Translations under genes and position numbers: made by a program | The notes under the pieces: model-generated | The model's input: only the letters and a program-made list of their open reading frames with translations | Told to the model about the DNA's origin: nothing | Database searches by the model: none | Origin: a virus | Taxonomy: Duplodnaviria; Caudoviricetes | Reading direction: 5' to 3' (one strand) | DNA: 39,878 bases | Virus record (IMG/VR): IMGVR_UViG_3300007778_000013 | Location: 1-39,878 of that record | In this document: positions 33,902-39,878 of the stretch, piece after piece | Layout of the letters: each line of letters opens with the position of its first letter | Numbering within the stretch: the first letter of the stretch is position 1

Positions 33902-36900
33902 TCCAGAAATCGCTAAACTACCGTGTATTGCTTGTACATCTTCGGATGCTATGGCTGTGTACGAGAGAGGAGATGGCTATTGCTACTCCTGTACAACATT
34001 CTTCAAACCAAAGATTTTGCAAGCCAAAGGAATTTCTGTTGAGAATGGGCGATTGATTGAAGGTGCTGCTGTAATAAAACCGAAGATTCCTAAGAAATCT
34101 CTAAATGGCACAAATAGCAGAAAGATGCAATTTGATGAACTAAAAGAGATTATGAATTATCCCATACGTGGGTTTAATGAGCGAGGAATACTCAAAGAGG
34201 TATGTGAACATTACGGTGTAAGAGTCTCCTATGATGAGAATGGTGAGGTTGATGCCCACTATTATCCTTATGAGAAAGAGTCTTACAAAGTAAGAGCACT
34301 GCCAAAAGAGTTTCGTTGGGCAGGTTCTAGTTCTAAACGTTTGTTTGGACAAGACTTGTTTAACGCGGGTGGTCGAAAGATCATAATCGCTGAGGGTGAA
34401 ATAGATGCATTGAGTGTAGCTACAGCAAGCTACAAACGATATAAGAAATTCTACCCTATAGTGGCTATACCATCGGCATCGATGATCAAGACGATAATAG
34501 AACAGCGCAGCTGGTTACGCTCTTTTAAAGAGGTAATTCTATGTTTTGATCAGGATGATGCTGGTCAAGAAGCTGTTCGAAAAGCAACTCAGGCGATAGG
34601 CTATGACAAAGTCTTAATTACTAAGTTGCACAAGAAAGATGCTAATGAGGTATTGACAGAGCAGAATGCCAATGGTTCAGAAAACCTAATGACAGCTATA
34701 TTCGATGCTGCTAGGTTTATCCCTAACGGTATTATTGCTACTGAAGATATCTGGCAAGCTCTTGAAGAGTATAGCGCCAAAGAATCAGTACCTTATCCTG
34801 CTTGTATGCATGGCGTAAACAAGAAACTTAAAGGTATGCGTGGCGGTGAAATAACATTGTTTATTTCCGGTACAGGTTGTTTGCAGAAAAGTACAGAAGT
34901 GCTTATGCATGATGGCTCTATAAAATTGATAGAAGACATCAAGGTTGGAGAACTAGTAATGGGTGATGATGATACACCCAGAACGGTTTTAGAACTTTGT
35001 AGAGGTCGTGAGCAAATGGCTAGAGTAACTCTCAGAGACAATACAAGTTTTGTCTGCAATAAATCTCATGTGCTATCATTAGTCAACAACAACAATGAAG
35101 GCAGATGGGGTCTACAGCAAGATGAAATAGTAGACGTAACTGTTGAAGAGTATCTCAAGTGGTCTTCCAAAAGAAAACATTTAAGCAAAGCCTTTAAATC
35201 TGAAGGGGTAACTCTCGAATTTAAAGCTCTTCCTATAGACCCTTATGTCTTAGGGGTATGGTTAGGTGATGGAACGGCTGACTCTGCTTATTTTACCTGT
35301 CATGACAAAGATATTGCTATCATAATCGAGATGCAAAACAGAGGTCTACACTTAGAAAAGAGTGAGGTCAAGTGGAGATGGAATAGTCCTTATGGGCTTA
35401 GAGAAAGTCTGAAGCGTTTGAATGTGTTTGCTAATAAACATATACCTGAAGAGTATCTCACCAGCCATAAATCCCAAAGACTAGAACTCTTAGCAGGTCT
35501 TCTAGATACTGATGGTTCCTATGACAGAACTAGGCATGTGTTTGAATTTTCTCAAAAGAAAGAACACATCGTGTTGTCTGTCAAAAGACTAGCAGAATCT
35601 TTAGGCTTCACTACTTCACTAGGTAAGCAAAAGAATAACAAGTTTGGAAATTGTTTCAGGCTTTATATTTCAGGAGAGGGACTAGAGAAAATCCCTTGCG
35701 TTTTACCTAGGAAGCAAGCTAGAACTAGGCTTCAAAAGAAAAACCCTAGAAGATATTCTTTCACAATAGAGCTTCTAGAAGAGGAGGACTTCTATGGCTT
35801 TAAATTGGACGGTAATAACCGCTTTGTGTTAGGCAATTTTGTTGTTACACATAATAGTGGTAAATCTACCATGTTCCGTGAGATCATGTTGAAAGTCCTT
35901 GAAGATACTGATGATAAAATTGGTGTTATCAGCCTAGAAGAGTCACCCGCAGAAACTGCACGAAAACTATCAGGCATGGCTCTTAATCGCAATCCAGCCG
36001 ATGAAGAAATTCCACTTGATGAATTACGTGTTGGTTTTGACAAAGTGTTCGGTAATGAAAAAGTCATTTTATTAGATCATCAAGGCTCTATGAATGATAC
36101 TTCAATTATTGACAAGCTAGAGTACATGGCACTCAGCGGATGTAAATATCTGTTTGTTGACCACGTTACTATTCTAGTATCAGAAGGTGTTGAGAATCTG
36201 CAAGGTCTTGAAGCTCAAGACAAGATTATGAACGACCTGCTGAGACTAGTAAAGAAATATCCAGACTTATGGATAGGCTTGATATCACACTTGCGTAAAG
36301 CCCCTTCTGGTAAACAATCATTTGAAGATGGCAAGCTGCCTACTATGGATGATATCAGAGGCTGTCTGGCATATGGCACAAAAGTGTTAACTTCTGACGG
36401 AAAGTCTGTATGTGTTGAAGACGTGAAAGTTGGCGACACTCTTATGGGTGTTGATGGCTCTGAGAGGCGAGTGTTAAAGCTCTGTAGAGGTAAGCAGCAA
36501 ATGTATAAAATTCAGATGAAGACTTCTAATGATTTCTTTATTTGTAATGAAGATCATATGCTGACACTATCTCATAATAATAAAATGTTTGACATTTCTG
36601 TAAAGGATTTTATTAAACGCTCAGAAAGCTTCAAGTCGCGCTGCAAACAACATTATTCTGAAGGATATGAACTTCCTAAGCAAGAATTGCCTATTGCGCC
36701 TTATGCATTAGGTGCTTGGATAGGAGATGGTTCTAAGTCCCAATTCAGAGTAATGGATGCCGGTAACTTAGGTATTGCAGAGCGAGTGGGCATGACGTTA
36801 GGAGCAAGAGTTAAAACTCCAGGCAATATTAATCGTGAATACTTTAGCTTCGAAACCAGAATTAGAGGTGAATTGTTAGCCAAGCTTAGAGATTTAAATC

Positions 36901-37568
36901 TTGTAAATAATAAACACATACCTGAGGTCTACTTGCTTTCTTCTAAGAAAGATAGGCTAGAGCTGTTGGCGGGGTTGTTAGATACAGATGGTAGTTATTC
37001 TAAGAAAGACAATGCATTCAGATTCTATCAAAAGGATACTGATATTGCAAAGTCTGTTGTAAGGCTGGCGAGATCTCTTGGATTGTATAGCACAATGAAC
37101 GCTAGAATTATCAGTTCTCCTTATAGTTCTGATGGTAGCAGTATTTGGGAAGTTTCTGTAACAGGAAATATATCCTCAATAACTGCACAGAAGCTAGTAG
37201 GTGTGAAATACAGAGATAGGTACACAAATCCCTTGAAAAGAGGTATTAAAGTTACCAAACTTGACGTCCAAGATTACTATGGGTTTACTTTGGATTCCGA
37301 TGGAAGGTTTCTATTAGAAAATCACATAATAACTCACAACTCTGGTTCTATAAAGCAGATATCATTTGATATTATTGCTTTTGCTAGGAACATGAATGCT
37401 GAGAAGGATGTAGAGCGTAACCAGATCAAGATGGCTGTACTCAAAGCTCGTTTTACAGGTCTAACTGGACCAGTAGAAGGCGCTAGATTCAACCACAAGA
37501 CTGGTCGCCTTGAAGCGCTGGACTTTGTTCCTGAAGACGAAGATGATGGAGACTTCCAAATATTATGA
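33894..37568 (+). CDS. Primase-helicase (T7 gp4-like) precursor with two inteins
   Basis: Zinc finger CIAC...CYSC, TOPRIM AEGEIDA and FDQDDAG, Walker A GTG|SGKST, FVDH, DDIRG|SGSIKQ; spliced length 572 aa. Confidence 0.95.
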   Translation: MANPEIAKLPCIACTSSDAMAVYERGDGYCYSCTTFFKPKILQAKGISVENGRLIEGAAVIKPKIPKKSLNGTNSRKMQFDELKEIMNYPIRGFNERGILKEVCEHYGVRVSYDENGEVDAHYYPYEKESYKVRALPKEFRWAGSSSKRLFGQDLFNAGGRKIIIAEGEIDALSVATASYKRYKKFYPIVAIPSASMIKTIIEQRSWLRSFKEVILCFDQDDAGQEAVRKATQAIGYDKVLITKLHKKDANEVLTEQNANGSENLMTAIFDAARFIPNGIIATEDIWQALEEYSAKESVPYPACMHGVNKKLKGMRGGEITLFISGTGCLQKSTEVLMHDGSIKLIEDIKVGELVMGDDDTPRTVLELCRGREQMARVTLRDNTSFVCNKSHVLSLVNNNNEGRWGLQQDEIVDVTVEEYLKWSSKRKHLSKAFKSEGVTLEFKALPIDPYVLGVWLGDGTADSAYFTCHDKDIAIIIEMQNRGLHLEKSEVKWRWNSPYGLRESLKRLNVFANKHIPEEYLTSHKSQRLELLAGLLDTDGSYDRTRHVFEFSQKKEHIVLSVKRLAESLGFTTSLGKQKNNKFGNCFRLYISGEGLEKIPCVLPRKQARTRLQKKNPRRYSFTIELLEEEDFYGFKLDGNNRFVLGNFVVTHNSGKSTMFREIMLKVLEDTDDKIGVISLEESPAETARKLSGMALNRNPADEEIPLDELRVGFDKVFGNEKVILLDHQGSMNDTSIIDKLEYMALSGCKYLFVDHVTILVSEGVENLQGLEAQDKIMNDLLRLVKKYPDLWIGLISHLRKAPSGKQSFEDGKLPTMDDIRGCLAYGTKVLTSDGKSVCVEDVKVGDTLMGVDGSERRVLKLCRGKQQMYKIQMKTSNDFFICNEDHMLTLSHNNKMFDISVKDFIKRSESFKSRCKQHYSEGYELPKQELPIAPYALGAWIGDGSKSQFRVMDAGNLGIAERVGMTLGARVKTPGNINREYFSFETRIRGELLAKLRDLNLVNNKHIPEVYLLSSKKDRLELLAGLLDTDGSYSKKDNAFRFYQKDTDIAKSVVRLARSLGLYSTMNARIISSPYSSDGSSIWEVSVTGNISSITAQKLVGVKYRDRYTNPLKRGIKVTKLDVQDYYGFTLDSDGRFLLENHIITHNSGSIKQISFDIIAFARNMNAEKDVERNQIKMAVLKARFTGLTGPVEGARFNHKTGRLEALDFVPEDEDDGDFQIL
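34878..35855 (+). mobile_element. Intein 1 with LAGLIDADG endonuclease, in helicase P-loop
   Basis: C1 (CLQKST), PYVLGVWLGDG, LLAGLLDTDG, terminal THN followed by Ser; 326 aa. Confidence 0.95.
36363..37340 (+). mobile_element. Intein 2 with LAGLIDADG endonuclease, in helicase motif H4
   Basis: C1 (CLAYGT), PYALGAWIGDG, LLAGLLDTDG, terminal THN followed by Ser; 326 aa. Confidence 0.95.
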
Positions 37569-37804
37569 GTGAGACTAACAGTTTTATGTTAGATTGCCAG
37601 TTAGCTCTTTACCTAAACAAAGGTAAGGAGCCTAATGGTATCCTGAGAAAGACAGGCAAAGCAATGGTAAAGCACAAATTGCACAAAGGTACAAAGTGCT
37701 GGACTCATGTGTTAGGGCTTGTTCATCATCCAAAACCATATGAAATATTGCAGAATGGAATACTCATCCATGACCAATGGTTAGAGCAAAATGAAGTTTT
37801 GTAG
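37565..37804 (+). CDS. Hypothetical protein
   Basis: ATGA-coupled to helicase stop; 79 aa. Confidence 0.55.
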   Translation: MSETNSFMLDCQLALYLNKGKEPNGILRKTGKAMVKHKLHKGTKCWTHVLGLVHHPKPYEILQNGILIHDQWLEQNEVL

Positions 37805-38012
37805 TATTTGTGGCAGTTCAGTTCTGGTTAGCCTCTCATCAATAGACAAACGTCTGTGTGCAGATTGTAAGTCTTTGAATGATTGGAAGCTAGATCCTGG
37901 ACAAGAGTCTGTATTAATAGATGGGAAGAAAGGAAATGACTACGCTAGTTCGGGAAGATATGGAGATAGAGGAAGCTCTATTTCTGACAAAGCAAGAGTT
38001 AAAAGCAATTAG
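37791..38012 (+). CDS. Small zinc-ribbon protein
   Basis: CSIC...CADC. Confidence 0.55.
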   Translation: MKFCSICGSSVLVSLSSIDKRLCADCKSLNDWKLDPGQESVLIDGKKGNDYASSGRYGDRGSSISDKARVKSN

Positions 38013-38124
38013 GCTGTGCCTAGAACGATACGATTTGGGTGGCTTAGCATATCACTCAGCGATAGATAAAGTTGATGATTTATTACTAAAGGAAGAGAAG
38101 TGTGCTAGTAGACCTGACCGTTGA
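37936..38124 (+). CDS. Hypothetical protein
   Basis: AAGGA RBS before ATG 37936; overlaps the previous ORF. Confidence 0.5.
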   Translation: MTTLVREDMEIEEALFLTKQELKAIRLCLERYDLGGLAYHSAIDKVDDLLLKEEKCASRPDR

Positions 38125-38281
38125 AGAGTTATTCGAGATTGATATGGCATTATATGCACTTTACGAAGTACGTGATCTAAAGACAGGTGCTTTCGATAAA
38201 GTCAAAATGGCATATGAAGAAGCTAAAGAAATGTCTGAGCTAGATATGTCAGACTGTGCTGGTGGAGCGTGCCGCTTGTAA
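38102..38281 (+). CDS. Small acidic protein ending DCAGGACRL (59 aa, GTG start)
   Basis: Not in ORF track; AAGGAAGAG upstream; fills the gap to ligase. Confidence 0.6.
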   Translation: MLVDLTVEELFEIDMALYALYEVRDLKTGAFDKVKMAYEEAKEMSELDMSDCAGGACRL

Positions 38282-38298
38282 ACTCTAGGAGTAGTATT

Positions 38299-39636
38299 AT
38301 GAACTCTGACGAAATCTATGATGCTATTCGTGTCATAGCTCAAGAGAGTTCCATAAATGCTAAGCGTGAGCTATTAGAGAGGTATCTTCAGGATGCCTCT
38401 TTTAAATGGGTTATCACAATAGCAATGGAGCCTCTCGCTAACTTTGGTGTTCTTCCAGAATATGTCAAGCCACCTCAAGGTGCCTGTGCAGTGTTTGGAG
38501 AAAGAACACTAAATTTGCTAGGAGATCTACACTCAAGGAAACTTACAGGGAATGAAGCTTTAGCTCATGTTGATTATGAACTTAAGCATTTATCCCCTAA
38601 GTCTTCCATGTTACTCGTAGATATCCTAAATAAAGATCTGAAAGCTAACATTGGTGTCAAGCTTGTAAACAAAGCATATGGCGCAAAGTTACTTACAGAA
38701 CACCCCTACATGAGATGTTCTCTGCCTAAAGATGTCAAGCTTGAGACTTGGCCTTGGGAACGTGGAGTATTCTCTCAAGTGAAGATGGACGGAATGTATG
38801 CTACAGCAGTATGCAATAATTCTGTTGATTTCTTTACTCGTAAGGGTCATGTGTTTCCTGATAATGAACGATTTAAGATTCTTAAAGAAAACATCAAGTC
38901 AGCTATACCTGAAGGTGTACAACTATCTGGTGAACTTCTTGTAATGAGAGGTGGTAAGTTTTTAGATCGTAAAACAGGAAATGGTATCCTCAATAGTATT
39001 CTCAAAACTAATGCTGATATTCCCGCTAATCTTGCACTATGCTATATTGCATGGGATATGATCTCTAATGAAGAGGCCAAGCAAGGAAAATCTCCTAGAG
39101 AATACGAACAGCGCATAAATGAACTTATGACATGTATACACATGTTCTGTAAGAGTTCACATTTACGTGCTATAGAAACCAACTGTGTGTACTCGTTAGA
39201 GGAAGCACAAAAAGACTTTGCTGAGAAGAGGAAAGCAGGTGAAGAGGGTACAATTATTAAGAGACCTGATGGACTTTGGAAGAATGGTACTAGTCGAGAT
39301 CAAGTTAAGCTTAAGGAAGAAGCTGAGGCTGATCTATGTGTCGTATCTATGCTGGAAGGTACAGGTAAAAACGAAGATCTATTTGGCTCGCTATTATGTG
39401 AAACAAGCGATGGAAGACTTCGAGTGGCAGTATCAGGTTTTACGGATGAAGCGCGTGCTAAGATCTTCAACTCTTGGGGAGAAGATAATTGGGCTGGTGC
39501 AATCATTGCGGTAAAATATAACGAAGTAATAAAGCAGAGAGATAGTGAGCTATATTCATTGTTCTTGCCTAGGTTTGTAGAGCGCAGGTATGATAAGGAA
39601 GAAGCTGATACTCTTGAACGCTTACTTAATCAATAG
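38299..39636 (+). CDS. ATP-dependent DNA ligase
   Basis: KMDG adenylation motif, LSGEL, EEGTIIK, VKLK, SLFLPRF; start reassigned to ATG 38299 (AGGAG RBS). Confidence 0.93.
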   Translation: MNSDEIYDAIRVIAQESSINAKRELLERYLQDASFKWVITIAMEPLANFGVLPEYVKPPQGACAVFGERTLNLLGDLHSRKLTGNEALAHVDYELKHLSPKSSMLLVDILNKDLKANIGVKLVNKAYGAKLLTEHPYMRCSLPKDVKLETWPWERGVFSQVKMDGMYATAVCNNSVDFFTRKGHVFPDNERFKILKENIKSAIPEGVQLSGELLVMRGGKFLDRKTGNGILNSILKTNADIPANLALCYIAWDMISNEEAKQGKSPREYEQRINELMTCIHMFCKSSHLRAIETNCVYSLEEAQKDFAEKRKAGEEGTIIKRPDGLWKNGTSRDQVKLKEEAEADLCVVSMLEGTGKNEDLFGSLLCETSDGRLRVAVSGFTDEARAKIFNSWGEDNWAGAIIAVKYNEVIKQRDSELYSLFLPRFVERRYDKEEADTLERLLNQ

Positions 39637-39648
39637 GAGACACTATTA

Positions 39649-39878
39649 ATGTCCAACATATACACTGGAAGCTATTCTAAGGCTGCTGATACAGAGAGAT
39701 ATTATAAAAGAGTTCCAGGCTCTAATACAGACTTTGTACTAGATCTCATGGAATATAGTGAAAACAGTGAAAACAGAGCTATGATGCAAATGGTAGTTCT
39801 TGAAGCATTGCGCTTTTATTCCAATATGATCTCAGTTCAGCCTGAACCTGAAGAAGACACAAAAAGCATAATCCCAGA
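39649..39878 (+). CDS. Hypothetical protein, 3'-truncated
   Basis: AGGAGA RBS; frame open to window end (MSNIYTGSYSK...). Confidence 0.65.
   Translation, partial: MSNIYTGSYSKAADTERYYKRVPGSNTDFVLDLMEYSENSENRAMMQMVVLEALRFYSNMISVQPEPEEDTKSIIP

Overview
A 39.9-kb piece of a lytic, long-tailed (siphovirus-type) dsDNA phage genome; every credible gene is on the + strand. In order: (1) the C-terminal part of a large, divergent T7-family single-subunit RNA polymerase (RNAP-1), split by a group I intron (63-999) that carries an HNH homing endonuclease and sitting directly upstream of the head genes; (2) a virion module with scaffold, major capsid, head-tail proteins, tail tube, frameshifted tail chaperones, a 3013-aa tape measure and tail-tip proteins; (3) a strong terminator, then an early-type cluster of very small, mostly membrane proteins preceded by two identical 29-bp motifs; (4) a second, compact T7-family RNA polymerase (RNAP-2); (5) a T7-like replication module with SSB, DUF3310-like protein, family A DNA polymerase, 5'-3' exonuclease, GIY-YIG-like nuclease, a primase-helicase with two related 326-aa inteins, and an ATP-dependent ligase. 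The best candidate for an undescribed system is a two-polymerase, two-promoter-class transcription cascade: RNAP-1 in the head module (possibly virion-packaged) and RNAP-2, matched by a 29-bp repeat before the early genes and a 17-bp repeat before the replication and structural operons. Also notable are a pseudoknot-like leader before the DNA polymerase, paired substitutions at the polymerase sugar gate, and a small protein ending in a ribonucleotide-reductase-like CxGGAC tail. All calls come from manual motif reading; no searches were run.
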